Shown piece by piece: positions 9,121-18,816 of a stretch of DNA of 64,000 bases (the first letter of the stretch is position 1; the number at the start of each line of letters is the position of its first letter). The DNA is from a virus. The notes under the pieces were generated by a model. That model saw nothing but the letters and a program-made list of their open reading frames with translations. It was not told the DNA's origin and searched no databases. The position numbers were made by a program, and so were the translations under genes. Location of the stretch: IMG/VR virus record IMGVR_UViG_3300025785_001261, positions 22,318-86,317 of that record. One strand, 5' to 3'.

Positions 9121-10195
9121 GATCAGAATCGACGAAATTTATTATAACACATTCTTGCCTCAAATACAAGCAAATCCTCGTGGAGCCATGCACTGGTTTG
9201 ATCCATTTGGCTCAGTGAGTTTTGAAGATTTGTGTGCGGAACCGGCAGTGGATCATGGGCATGATACTGTCAGGTATCTGTTTTGGGATCAGGAACCGCT
9301 ACATAAAAATACCACAGATCCAACACTATCTCAGTTTGTTATCAACTTCCCCAAGGGACAACGTCACCTAATAACCAGCGAACAGAACAGTGAATTTGTT
9401 GAGCAGGCCTGTGATACTTATGGATTTACTGCCCACTACTACTTCTTTCATGGCTGGGCAGCTTTAGACTGGTTCAGAGGATATGATCGTAGCTTTCTGA
9501 TTCCTCGTGCCAAACGCCGTTCCCCTGGCAAGACTTTTATGAGTCCAAATCGTATTGTATCTGGCATGCGAGATCATCGTGTGCTGTTTCTTTACAATGT
9601 ATTTAAACAGCAACTACAACACAATTATATCAGCGCACCCAGGATTTGCCCATACTCAGGCGAAAACATTCTCGAAATCGCCGCAGGTCATGCCAACACA
9701 TACCCGGACATAAAGGATGTGTTTTCTCAGGTTGAGTTGCCAAGATATTTTGCGGGAGAAGCTCAGCAGGAGATGAGTTCATATCAACTCGGCAACTGGC
9801 AGGAGGCCAGTGATAGTCTAGTGTATGTAGCTACAGAAACAGTATACTATGGCCGTAGGCAACATCTGACAGAAAAAACATTCAAGGCCATGGCATTAGA
9901 AATGCCATTTATTCTGGTGGCTGCAGCCGGTAGTCTGGAATATTTAAAGAGTTATGGATTCCAAACCTTTGGTGGAATCTGGGATGAAAGCTACGACAAC
10001 GAAACAGATCCTGTACGCCGTGTAGAAAAGGTCACACAACTACTAAAAGAGTTGGATTCATTGAATCAACACGACCGCCAACACATACACGATCTTTGTG
10101 TACCCATAGTCGAACACAATTACGTACATTTTTATTCTGGCTCTTTTGAACGTGTATTATGGAAAGAACTCACAGGAATGTTGCATGACTTTTAA
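9119..10195 (+). CDS. Glycosyltransferase-like protein (GT10/fucosyltransferase-like C-terminal motif), paralog 1
   Basis: ATET...LTEKTFKA...PFILV...GSLEYLKSYGFQTF...DESYD. Confidence 0.65.
   Translation: MIRIDEIYYNTFLPQIQANPRGAMHWFDPFGSVSFEDLCAEPAVDHGHDTVRYLFWDQEPLHKNTTDPTLSQFVINFPKGQRHLITSEQNSEFVEQACDTYGFTAHYYFFHGWAALDWFRGYDRSFLIPRAKRRSPGKTFMSPNRIVSGMRDHRVLFLYNVFKQQLQHNYISAPRICPYSGENILEIAAGHANTYPDIKDVFSQVELPRYFAGEAQQEMSSYQLGNWQEASDSLVYVATETVYYGRRQHLTEKTFKAMALEMPFILVAAAGSLEYLKSYGFQTFGGIWDESYDNETDPVRRVEKVTQLLKELDSLNQHDRQHIHDLCVPIVEHNYVHFYSGSFERVLWKELTGMLHDF
9141..9169 (-). promoter_or_regulatory. Sigma70-type promoter for the 7519..9120 gene, embedded in the opposite CDS
   Basis: Minus strand TTGTAT-N17-TATAAT with TGn extension, -10 ending 20 nt before the start codon. 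Confidence 0.5.
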
Positions 10196-11261
10196 ATTCG
10201 CTATTCATCCAGGATCGATGCCAAGACGTATGTTGATGAATGCCATGGATGCTCACTCTATACCTTACGAAATACAGTCCATACAGAATAGCATGCCCGG
10301 TACTCCATATTTTGTTACCTTTGATACGTTTGACCACAAATATGATTACATCGCTGCCATACCAGATGCGGTATTCGACCGCGATCTTAGAATTATATTC
10401 TACTATCACGAGGGTGATCATCCAGGTTTCATCCGACAGCGTCTAGACGATCGTTGTAGGCAACATTCACGAAATATAGATTGTTACAGACTGGTCAGTG
10501 CCAATACCTTGGCCGATCAATTGGATCGTTGTTGCTATTTTAATGATCACGAAATGCGGTACTGGTTAGGCAATAGATCCACCCAACCATTGGAAATCCA
10601 TAATCGTCCCAGACCATTTGAGTTTACAGCACTGAGTCGTACACACAAATGGTGGAGAGCCACAGTCATGACTGATTTAAAATTGCGCGGGCTGTTAGAT
10701 CATAGTCAATGGAGCTACAATACACTGTTGGATCTAGGTCAGGACAAGGAAGTTGATAATCCCATTGAGCTAGGCAAAATTTTTAACTATCACCTGGATC
10801 AATTCATATCGGCCGGGCCTTACACTTGCGATGACATGGACAGCGATAGTCATAACAACCATTCGATTCTGGTTCCAAAACATTTTACTGAGTCCTATTG
10901 TAGCATAGTGTTGGAGACTTTTATTGATATTGAAAATTCAAATGGCACTTTCCTGACCGAAAAAACTTTCAAGTGTATCAAGCACGGACATCCATTTGTA
11001 TTGATAGCACCGCCGGGCAGCTTACAACTTCTGCGCGACATGGGGTATCGTACCTTTGATCATGCTATAGATAATTCTTACGACTTGATAAAGGATCCTA
11101 CCGAGCGCTGGCTCAGTATTGCCAAAACTATTGAAAAATTACAGGCCCAAGATATGCAGGTCTGGTTTGAATCGTGCAGAGAAGATCTAGAACATAACCA
11201 ACAGTTATTCTGTGACAGCAAGGCTGACAGATTAAATACCCTTATTGAAAGACTACAATGA
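10185..11261 (+). CDS. Glycosyltransferase-like protein (GT10-like motif), paralog 2
   Basis: IVLET...FLTEKTFKCIKHGHPFV...GSLQLLRDMGYRTF...DNSYD. Confidence 0.65.
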   Translation: MTFKFAIHPGSMPRRMLMNAMDAHSIPYEIQSIQNSMPGTPYFVTFDTFDHKYDYIAAIPDAVFDRDLRIIFYYHEGDHPGFIRQRLDDRCRQHSRNIDCYRLVSANTLADQLDRCCYFNDHEMRYWLGNRSTQPLEIHNRPRPFEFTALSRTHKWWRATVMTDLKLRGLLDHSQWSYNTLLDLGQDKEVDNPIELGKIFNYHLDQFISAGPYTCDDMDSDSHNNHSILVPKHFTESYCSIVLETFIDIENSNGTFLTEKTFKCIKHGHPFVLIAPPGSLQLLRDMGYRTFDHAIDNSYDLIKDPTERWLSIAKTIEKLQAQDMQVWFESCREDLEHNQQLFCDSKADRLNTLIERLQ

Positions 11262-12277
11262 TCAACAGCTATACATCCTGGCAACCACTTGAAGAAGTCA
11301 TAGTGGGGCGTGCCTACACACCGGACTACTTTGACTTTATTGACAATGCGCAGGTACGCAATCAACTGCAACAGATCCTAAATGAAACTGCCGAAGATCT
11401 AGATAATCTACAGCGTACTATTGAAATCTATGGTGCTCGGGTGCGTAGACCTAATCTGATGGATCGACATCAATTTCAACAGAGTCAGTTAGCAGGACAA
11501 GGTGCTCCATTACCTCCTCTTACTCCTCGAGATTGGCAAATCAGTTTAGGACAAAAACTCCTACGGGTACTTCCCATGAAAGAACTGGACGATATTTGCA
11601 AGGACTATGCCGATCAAGTGGTCAATCCACACGGTGCTGATTGGGATCCTGGCTGCATATTAAATGGTGCAAGTGCATCGTGCATCGTGCGTGTAGGACG
11701 CGATGTGTTTTTTGACAACAGTGATTTTTTGCGTCCTGATCAAACACGCTGGATCGTAGACAACTGCTTGGGTCCAGAGTACAGAATACATGAAGCTGTG
11801 ACCGACGGTCATGGGGATGCTGTGTTTGCCATACTCAAACCCGGAGTAATTCTTTCAAGCAAACACGACATGCATCTGCATCTAGCAGAAGACTTTCCTG
11901 GTTGGGAAGTGTTGAAGATCTGGGATAGCAGTATCTGGGCTGCTATGGAAGTGGGCAAGTTCAAGTATGAAGAAAGTCCCGGTGCCTGGTATGTGCAGGG
12001 GCAAACACCTACTCCTGAGTTTACCACCTTTGTGGATACCTATCTGAACAAATGGACCGGCTTTGTGGCCGAAACAGTATTTGATGTCAACTGCCTGGTG
12101 TTGGACGAAGAAAATGTGATTTTTAGCGCCTACAATAAAAATGTATTTGATTTTTGCAAACGACATAGAATCAATCCCATCATCAGCGAACTGCGTCATA
12201 GCTATTTCTGGGACGGTGGCATTTCGTGTTGTACACAGGATCTGCGCCGCAGCGGCGGATTAGAAACTTATCTTTGA
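11258..12277 (+). CDS. Amidinotransferase (glycine / inosamine-phosphate amidinotransferase family)
   Basis: NSYTSWQPLEEVIVGR N-terminus, TPRD, GHGD (His), GGISCCTQD (catalytic Cys). Confidence 0.88.
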   Translation: MINSYTSWQPLEEVIVGRAYTPDYFDFIDNAQVRNQLQQILNETAEDLDNLQRTIEIYGARVRRPNLMDRHQFQQSQLAGQGAPLPPLTPRDWQISLGQKLLRVLPMKELDDICKDYADQVVNPHGADWDPGCILNGASASCIVRVGRDVFFDNSDFLRPDQTRWIVDNCLGPEYRIHEAVTDGHGDAVFAILKPGVILSSKHDMHLHLAEDFPGWEVLKIWDSSIWAAMEVGKFKYEESPGAWYVQGQTPTPEFTTFVDTYLNKWTGFVAETVFDVNCLVLDEENVIFSAYNKNVFDFCKRHRINPIISELRHSYFWDGGISCCTQDLRRSGGLETYL

Positions 12278-12287
12278 TCTCAAAACA

Positions 12288-12569
12288 GTGCGGGCCATAG
12301 TAAGATTTTTCAAAGAAAGTCATCAGCGTAGTCCGCATGTGTTCTGGCTGGATCTAGCCAGTACCATACTGACCATGATAGCCAGTCTCAGCTTGGCTAT
12401 CACAGCCCGAGCACCACACATGGAATATATCTATCCCGGCTACTTCCTGGGCAGTTTGATCAGCATCTATACCGGTTATCGTCGACACAGCCCCTGGACT
12501 GTAGTCTTGTGCAGTTATTTCTGCGTGATGAACATTGCTGGATTTAGTAGGGCCGCTGGTTGGATCTAG
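12288..12569 (+). CDS. Small three-TM membrane protein
   Basis: 93 aa with three hydrophobic segments; GTG start. Confidence 0.7.
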   Translation: MRAIVRFFKESHQRSPHVFWLDLASTILTMIASLSLAITARAPHMEYIYPGYFLGSLISIYTGYRRHSPWTVVLCSYFCVMNIAGFSRAAGWI

Positions 12570-12570
12570 C

Positions 12571-14022
12571 TCAACTGCATACAGTTATACCGTAAAGATC
12601 CTGGAATCTATCAGCGTCGCTGCGATCGTTAACCATAGGCTCACCTCGAATATTAAGGCTAGTATTAAGCAGGATAGCACAACCGGTTTTCGCATGCCAG
12701 GCCTCTAAGAGTTGTCTAATTCCGCTATCATCCGGCGGTACAGTTTGTATCCTACTGGTACCATCAACATGGGTAATAGCAGGAAATAGATCAGGACGCC
12801 TGCAACGACCGACGACCTGCATATACCTAGTGTCACAGAAACCACTAGGGATATCAAAATACTCATTAGCATACTCCTCCAAAACAACGGGAGCGAACGG
12901 TCTAAATTGTTGTCTACGTTTGATGGCATTTACACGATCCTTTATATCTGATCCTCGGGGGTCTGCGAGCAGACTTCTATTTCCCAGGGCTCTGGGTCCA
13001 AACTCGGCCCGACCGCTAGCGACACCGACGATTCTATCACTGAGTAAACGATCAAGGCAGGCGCTGACAGGATACGTTCCTGGGATGTTTGTGCCAAGGT
13101 ACGCATTTTGCCAGTTGATCCTGCCTCCGTAGGCCAATGCGGCAGCGCCAAGACTGCTGCCACCGTCACCAGGGCAAGGCATGATCCAGATATTTTCAAA
13201 ATATTCATTTAAGTTTCGATTGGCCAAACAGTTGAGTGCAACACCGCCCTGATATACAAGATTACGACTCCAGCCAAAGGCTCGGGCACGTTGCATAACC
13301 TTATATATCTCTTCTTCAAGAATAACCTGCGCACTAGCAGCTATATCCACATCTCTAGCTGTGGGCAGGAACATGTGATCGATTCCTACATGTAGATTTT
13401 CCTGCAACAGGATCTGCATGGTATCTGTGTGCCTAGCTTCGCCATAGGCACTCATGCCCATCAGTATGTATTCATCTTCCATGGGTCTCAATCCCACACG
13501 TTCTGTGATGGCGGTATAGAATAATCCTAGGCTATAAGGATATCGCTGGCGCCATAGGATATCATACTGAGCTTGGCCATCTACATAGTGTGCGCCCCAA
13601 ATGGTTATGGTATCCCATTCGCCAATGGCATCAATCACGACCACCGTGGCTCGATCAAAACTACTGGTTTGGAAACCAGCAGCCGCGTGGCTCAAATGAT
13701 GACTGTGTGTTGACACAGGAACATTATCAAAAAAGCCATCCAGCTGTTGATCTAGCACTTGATGGGTAGTTAGCTTGTTCCACTCAATGCCTTGTCCTGA
13801 GTACAGTTGACGCAACTGTTTTTTCCAAGGTGTTTCATAATAAGCAATGTGATCAATATGGCGCCCTTGTGCTAGATCAAACAACATGTCTACATTAAGA
13901 TTGGCATCATTTTTGATTTTACTATAGCGTTCGGCATGACCAGCATACACTATGTTGCCGCCAGCATCAATTACTGTAGCAGCAGCGTCATGAAAACCGG
14001 CACTGATCCCTAGGATATTCAT
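12571..14022 (-). CDS. Carbamoyltransferase (NodU/CmcH/TobZ family)
   Basis: ILGISAGFHDAAA, ERYSKIK, HHLSHA, DAIGE, GGVALNC, EFGPRALGNRS, RPFAP, HVDGTSRIQTV, LNTSLN. Confidence 0.95.
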   Translation of the reverse strand: MNILGISAGFHDAAATVIDAGGNIVYAGHAERYSKIKNDANLNVDMLFDLAQGRHIDHIAYYETPWKKQLRQLYSGQGIEWNKLTTHQVLDQQLDGFFDNVPVSTHSHHLSHAAAGFQTSSFDRATVVVIDAIGEWDTITIWGAHYVDGQAQYDILWRQRYPYSLGLFYTAITERVGLRPMEDEYILMGMSAYGEARHTDTMQILLQENLHVGIDHMFLPTARDVDIAASAQVILEEEIYKVMQRARAFGWSRNLVYQGGVALNCLANRNLNEYFENIWIMPCPGDGGSSLGAAALAYGGRINWQNAYLGTNIPGTYPVSACLDRLLSDRIVGVASGRAEFGPRALGNRSLLADPRGSDIKDRVNAIKRRQQFRPFAPVVLEEYANEYFDIPSGFCDTRYMQVVGRCRRPDLFPAITHVDGTSRIQTVPPDDSGIRQLLEAWHAKTGCAILLNTSLNIRGEPMVNDRSDADRFQDLYGITVCS

Positions 14023-14120
14023 TTGTAGATAAAGGGATCTCTTTTACGTAGTTCTTTTAACTTGCGACGATAACGTATTTCTAGCATCACACGGTTATAG
14101 ATATTTTTAAACCATTGCAC
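14019..14120 (-). CDS. 33-aa basic peptide MQWFKNIYNRVMLEIRYRRKLKELRKRDPFIYK (not in ORF track)
   Basis: GAGGAG RBS, GTG start, TGA overlapping the carbamoyltransferase ATG; fills the gap exactly. Confidence 0.75.
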   Translation of the reverse strand: MQWFKNIYNRVMLEIRYRRKLKELRKRDPFIYK

Positions 14121-14790
14121 GTTGCTTCTCCTCTAGTATAGGATCAAACAAAGGCAAAGCACAAAAGGTCACTGTGTCTTTGGGTATGACTGTGGCCCGA
14201 CGAAAAGCCACAACTGTTTCCAAGTTATAGTAGTTGTACCTTGTATCAATTGCTTGTGTCCATTTGAGTCCAGTTCCAATACCGGTGCCATTTACTATGT
14301 CATAATTGGGTTCAACGGTACCAGCAAATTCATTCCAATCAACAGGCCAATCCATGAGATACGGCAAAATCAATAATCGCCAACCTGGTGCCATGCGGGC
14401 ACGCCAGGGCCAATGTAGAAGTCTGACACCATACTCGTATGGACTGAAATCACCTGGTGCCCACTGTCCACGTTCACCACGGTTGGCAAAGCGTGTGCCG
14501 TACAGCATGTCAGGGTGCAAGCGACCACGATTGAAATATGTATCGTAGGTATTGACTTCTTCTGGTAAGGGGATGGTGAATCCCAAGTTAGCCAGGCCTC
14601 TGAATCCCAGACAGTTGCGTATGGTTTGCTGATCAGCTATGTCAATTTCGGCCTTGCGTGCTTTTTGTGCTTTGAACCAGTCTGGCATGTGATTTTGCAT
14701 GGCTGTGGGTGCCGGACAGTTCAAGTACTGTATGGCAGGATCTGTACTGTACTCCCAGGTCAAGTAGTCGTTTACATATATATCATTCAT
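14107..14790 (-). CDS. Hypothetical protein (possible dUTPase-like beta fold)
   Basis: PDWFK...TIRNC...GFTIPLP...WPWR...PGWRLL..P...AGTV pattern; ATGA coupling. Confidence 0.6.
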   Translation of the reverse strand: MNDIYVNDYLTWEYSTDPAIQYLNCPAPTAMQNHMPDWFKAQKARKAEIDIADQQTIRNCLGFRGLANLGFTIPLPEEVNTYDTYFNRGRLHPDMLYGTRFANRGERGQWAPGDFSPYEYGVRLLHWPWRARMAPGWRLLILPYLMDWPVDWNEFAGTVEPNYDIVNGTGIGTGLKWTQAIDTRYNYYNLETVVAFRRATVIPKDTVTFCALPLFDPILEEKQRAMV

Positions 14791-15818
14791 AACAGATCCA
14801 TTTGTTGTTGAGCATATCTGGGATCATTCCAGTGATATGTGTATTCTGCTCGGGCACTACTAGTGCGTATCTCGGTTACATCCAATCTGGAAGCCAGCAT
14901 GTTCCATATTTGCACATAATCTTCTGTTCCAAAACTGCGTATCAAATTTACCTGGCCTATCTGCGGATGACCAATGGTAAGGGTTTTGTCTTCAGGATCA
15001 AATCCATTGGTTACTAACCATTCACGAAATTCAGCCAGTTGGCGGATTTGCCAATCATGTGCTCCAGGATCTCTGGCCCATTCAATGTCAAAATCGCCAG
15101 CAGCTTCGGTTTGATTTTTCAAGGTAGTTGTTGTCAACTCGTTGATCCTACTGTCGCGGCCTTCGTCCTGGAACACTTCCCAGTGATGCTTGCCTACGGC
15201 CTTGTTGACTCCTACATATACTCCACCCATTTTCCGATTGATTGTTTCAATTCCAAACAGTTCATAATCGGCTTCGTCCAATACAAAACGTGGAGCATTT
15301 AGCCAACACATGAGTTGACTGGGTCTCATCCATTCGGGTGCGGTGTGTTTCTTGCGCCAACTCAAGGCCCAGCTTTCAAATTCATGACACAGGAGATTCA
15401 GTTGTCGTATGTGCCAGCGCACCGATGCATCTGCATCACGATAAAAATGACTTATACGTCCGCTGACACCTTGAAGATCTTCAAAATATCTGTGAAGATG
15501 ATTGAACCGTTCGCGTACAATGTTCATGTCATGGTCCATCACAGTATCCAACGTAAACACATCATCAATGGTATAACCTATATTGGCTGAATTTATTTCG
15601 GCAATTGAATTGTTGATTTGACCACAAAGATAATCACCGTTTCTTTCAGAATCAGGAAATCCCATGAAACAGTAGTTTTTTTCTAAATGATATTGGTCAC
15701 GTATCAAATCATTCAAGGCTGCCAACCATTTACGACTGAGACTGCTATCCCATACATTGATGTAGATGGTGAGATCTTCCAGATCTATTTCTACAACATC
15801 AAGTAACGATTGATTCAT
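14787..15818 (-). CDS. Hypothetical protein
   Basis: Long ORF in operon; His-containing motifs NHLHRYFE, LNLLCHEFE, VGKHHWEVF. Confidence 0.75.
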   Translation of the reverse strand: MNQSLLDVVEIDLEDLTIYINVWDSSLSRKWLAALNDLIRDQYHLEKNYCFMGFPDSERNGDYLCGQINNSIAEINSANIGYTIDDVFTLDTVMDHDMNIVRERFNHLHRYFEDLQGVSGRISHFYRDADASVRWHIRQLNLLCHEFESWALSWRKKHTAPEWMRPSQLMCWLNAPRFVLDEADYELFGIETINRKMGGVYVGVNKAVGKHHWEVFQDEGRDSRINELTTTTLKNQTEAAGDFDIEWARDPGAHDWQIRQLAEFREWLVTNGFDPEDKTLTIGHPQIGQVNLIRSFGTEDYVQIWNMLASRLDVTEIRTSSARAEYTYHWNDPRYAQQQMDLL

Positions 15819-17088
15819 ACCATGCACCAATTTCTGGGTCTTGCCCTAGGATGTCCGCAAGAGTAAATGAATCTCCACGGATAGATTCTAATTGTAACAC
15901 ACGACGCTTGCCTCGTGCAAGAGATTCGGCAAAGGTATCAGGCCATTGCTCCTCAAATGTCGGACGACATTTGAGCTGTAGCAATATATCTTGCATAGCT
16001 CCTGAAGTTTCGGTTATTAGACTGTCTACAGTTTTGTCTAATAACTCACGTGGCAAGGCCAATGGACTTAGGATTATGTCTGGAGTAAAACTGAATACTA
16101 CCTTGGCCAGGATGTCTACGCCGAAGTCGGCGGCAAGAGACGTAATGTTGGCGACTTCAAAGAGTCCTGGTAGCGTAAGAGTAAAATCGATTCGCCATTG
16201 GCGGCGGTTCTTGGCCATGGCAACGCCTCGGGCGAAATTATCTCGCCATGCACTGTAATCAAGTCCGGTTCTGATGTATTCTCCTGTGGCTCCGGTTCCG
16301 TCGAGACTGGCACAGATTTGATAATCCCGTAGATGAGCCAAAATGTCACTATAAAGGTCACAACCCCTGTAATTAACCCGGCTAAGATTTGTGTTGTATC
16401 TAGCATAAACGCGATCTCCGTCGCCTAATTCAATAATTCTTTTCATGTATCGCCAGTGCTGTTCATACATGAGCGGCTCTCCACCTACCCAGTACACTTC
16501 TTCTACACGATGTTCTTCTACTGCTTGAGCGAATTCACGTTCAATCTGACCGTCTTGAAAAGTACTTATCTCAGATCTGATCTCGGGGCGCATCCAGTTG
16601 TTTTTTGAATCGTCCCAGTTGATCATGTCATGCTGTCGCTGTTCGGTTTCCCACGCAGAACTCAGCATGTCACCACACATGCGGCATTTGAAATTGCACA
16701 GGTTACTGAATCTATAGTCCCAGGAAATTGGCTTGACTGTGGTAAAACCTGTAGCATCTGTGGCCTGCATGGCGGACTCATAACGGTCGCCAAACATTCT
16801 GTTAAAATAACTACGATAAACATCAGTATTCAACAGTTGATTGTTGCATACATCACACTCGGGTAGAGTTTCACCGGCCATCATTCTACGACGAACACTG
16901 CGCATATGATCGCTGTTCCAATGCTCGTCTAATGTGATAGGAATATACTGCCCGGTACCTGCGGCTGTATCTATGTACTGAGCAAAATTCTGCGCAGGTT
17001 CACGCGATGCACAGCACATTCTGCGTTCGGTTTGTGGACTTAGATACGTGTGAGTCCAAGGTGCCATACACAAGGTATCAGGTTTCAC
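15799..17088 (-). CDS. Radical SAM protein with N-terminal twitch/SPASM domain
   Basis: CMAPW...MCC...CDVC, then CNFKCRMC, GGEP, YNTN; GTGA-coupled start. Confidence 0.9.
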   Translation of the reverse strand: MKPDTLCMAPWTHTYLSPQTERRMCCASREPAQNFAQYIDTAAGTGQYIPITLDEHWNSDHMRSVRRRMMAGETLPECDVCNNQLLNTDVYRSYFNRMFGDRYESAMQATDATGFTTVKPISWDYRFSNLCNFKCRMCGDMLSSAWETEQRQHDMINWDDSKNNWMRPEIRSEISTFQDGQIEREFAQAVEEHRVEEVYWVGGEPLMYEQHWRYMKRIIELGDGDRVYARYNTNLSRVNYRGCDLYSDILAHLRDYQICASLDGTGATGEYIRTGLDYSAWRDNFARGVAMAKNRRQWRIDFTLTLPGLFEVANITSLAADFGVDILAKVVFSFTPDIILSPLALPRELLDKTVDSLITETSGAMQDILLQLKCRPTFEEQWPDTFAESLARGKRRVLQLESIRGDSFTLADILGQDPEIGAWYESIVT

Positions 17089-17597
17089 TTGTTGGTCCAA
17101 TTGATATATAGGGTTTTTCTGTAGGACACATGGGCCACTTCGCCAATCATATGATGCAAGATCTTGTTGCTGTTGTGTAACATTATTCCATGATTTTTGC
17201 GATATTCAACAAAATATTCTGCGTCATCTTCGTAGTATTTGGTGCCCATTTCACCATGGCCCCAGGTGTCAAGATATACGATGATCACATTATGTACATT
17301 TTCAAAATCCACATGGATAGTATTTCTGTAACCAGGGTAATCTCTCCATAGTTCTATCGAAGAAGATTTTGGCACATCAAAACAGGCCAGTATGCGTTGA
17401 CGCAGTTCGGTGTTGGCCAATAACAACACATGTCGATCAGATCCAGATAACGGTGTCAGCAGTTCCGGAGCATCATCAGCTGTCTGTATACGGGTAGGTG
17501 TAAATGTATCTACTAGATCGATTATTTCCTGCAGGAGATCATCTGGAAATACATCACACAGTCTCGCCCCATTGGGGGACAAAGGTTTGATGTGCAT
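17085..17597 (-). CDS. 2OG-Fe(II) oxygenase superfamily protein
   Basis: LWRD...IHVD (HxD), IVYL, GTKY, LHHM, RKTLY. Confidence 0.75.
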   Translation of the reverse strand: MHIKPLSPNGARLCDVFPDDLLQEIIDLVDTFTPTRIQTADDAPELLTPLSGSDRHVLLLANTELRQRILACFDVPKSSSIELWRDYPGYRNTIHVDFENVHNVIIVYLDTWGHGEMGTKYYEDDAEYFVEYRKNHGIMLHNSNKILHHMIGEVAHVSYRKTLYINWTNK

Positions 17598-17598
17598 G

Positions 17599-18816
17599 TT
17601 AATCTGGTCCCATATAATTGATCATGTGAGCGAATTCTGGTTCCACCTTACAGAGATTTTGACCACGTCGGCGATCCAGATTGGCCATTTCTCTACGCAT
17701 GTTGAAACCGTCTAGACTGACACCGCCCAGCATGAAATCAATGATGCGATCAAATTCCTTACGGTCCTGCGGATTGACCCGAGCCAGGCGCAGACGTTGT
17801 GCGATTGTATACTTGGCCGATTCTGGCAAGGTGCTGATACTAAAGTAATAGGCTTCATGCATCATGTTCCAGTAGACAAAATCAAACTGTTGTTGCTCAA
17901 TCCAGTGACTTAATTCTTCAAGATAGCATACATTAAATACATTCACCGTGGCACATACCTGTAGTTGTATGTTGTCACAACGTCTGCGCATGTCTTGGAA
18001 ACGTTCAATGTTGGCACACACTTCGGTCCATTGAGCATTGCTACGTTGGTATTCAAATCTAGCACCCACATCGTCGATGCTGAAAGCTATTTCCACTGTT
18101 TTAAAATAGCGCCAAATTTCTTCAGCTTGCTCAGGCCATTGTGTGCCATTGGTGTTGTAATGTATTTCTATATTGTGAGCTATGCCGCGATTGATCAAGC
18201 CCTGCAACATGTCAAAGTGTTCTTGGATCATAAATGGTTCGCCACCGGTGAATTCAATGTAGCGTATTTGATCTGACACTTGATCTATTTCAGTCCAGAA
18301 TGTTTCATTTTCTCTAGGCCATGCACCGTTGCGTAACATTTGATAATGAAAACTGGTTTTCTTATCTTCACCGGGTTCCAAATTGGCCAGTTCTTCTATG
18401 GCAAATGTACTTGAGCTCCATGATCCACAGATACGACATTTTAAATTGCAGATGTTGCCCAGCTTGAGATCTAAGAACATGAGTGGTTTGGCATCTGCGG
18501 TCCATTCTGAATCGTCAATCATGTGCTTGAGTCGATCCAGGGTATGCATACGCTTCGATGTACGGCCACTACGTTCTTCACGCCAGCATTTTCTACAGGT
18601 CTGTGGCTGTTCACCGGCTAGGAACTGTTCACGTAGATGTCGCATACTGGCGCTGTCCTGTATGCTACTGAATTGTGCGGTGGCCAGATTGAATTTTTGT
18701 CCAGACTCATCTACCAGTTCATCTTCGGCCAGGCAACAAGGACGTACCGTGCCAACAGGACTGGTTTCCAAGCTGATCCATGGCAGTACGCAGAATCGAT
18801 CGTGTGGTATTTTCAT
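17599..18816 (-). CDS. Radical SAM protein with N-terminal twitch/SPASM domain
   Basis: CVLPW...PCC...CRKC, then CNLKCRIC, GGEPF, YNTNG. Confidence 0.92.
   Translation of the reverse strand: MKIPHDRFCVLPWISLETSPVGTVRPCCLAEDELVDESGQKFNLATAQFSSIQDSASMRHLREQFLAGEQPQTCRKCWREERSGRTSKRMHTLDRLKHMIDDSEWTADAKPLMFLDLKLGNICNLKCRICGSWSSSTFAIEELANLEPGEDKKTSFHYQMLRNGAWPRENETFWTEIDQVSDQIRYIEFTGGEPFMIQEHFDMLQGLINRGIAHNIEIHYNTNGTQWPEQAEEIWRYFKTVEIAFSIDDVGARFEYQRSNAQWTEVCANIERFQDMRRRCDNIQLQVCATVNVFNVCYLEELSHWIEQQQFDFVYWNMMHEAYYFSISTLPESAKYTIAQRLRLARVNPQDRKEFDRIIDFMLGGVSLDGFNMRREMANLDRRRGQNLCKVEPEFAHMINYMGPD

Noticed and set aside
7519-12571. Invertible segment explaining the strand switches
   Set aside because: No convincing inverted repeats at the junctions and no recombinase in the window
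11258-14120. Saxitoxin-like cluster (SxtG/SxtI/SxtK-like genes)
   Set aside because: No SxtA-type PKS or other core genes; the context is dominated by glycosyltransferases
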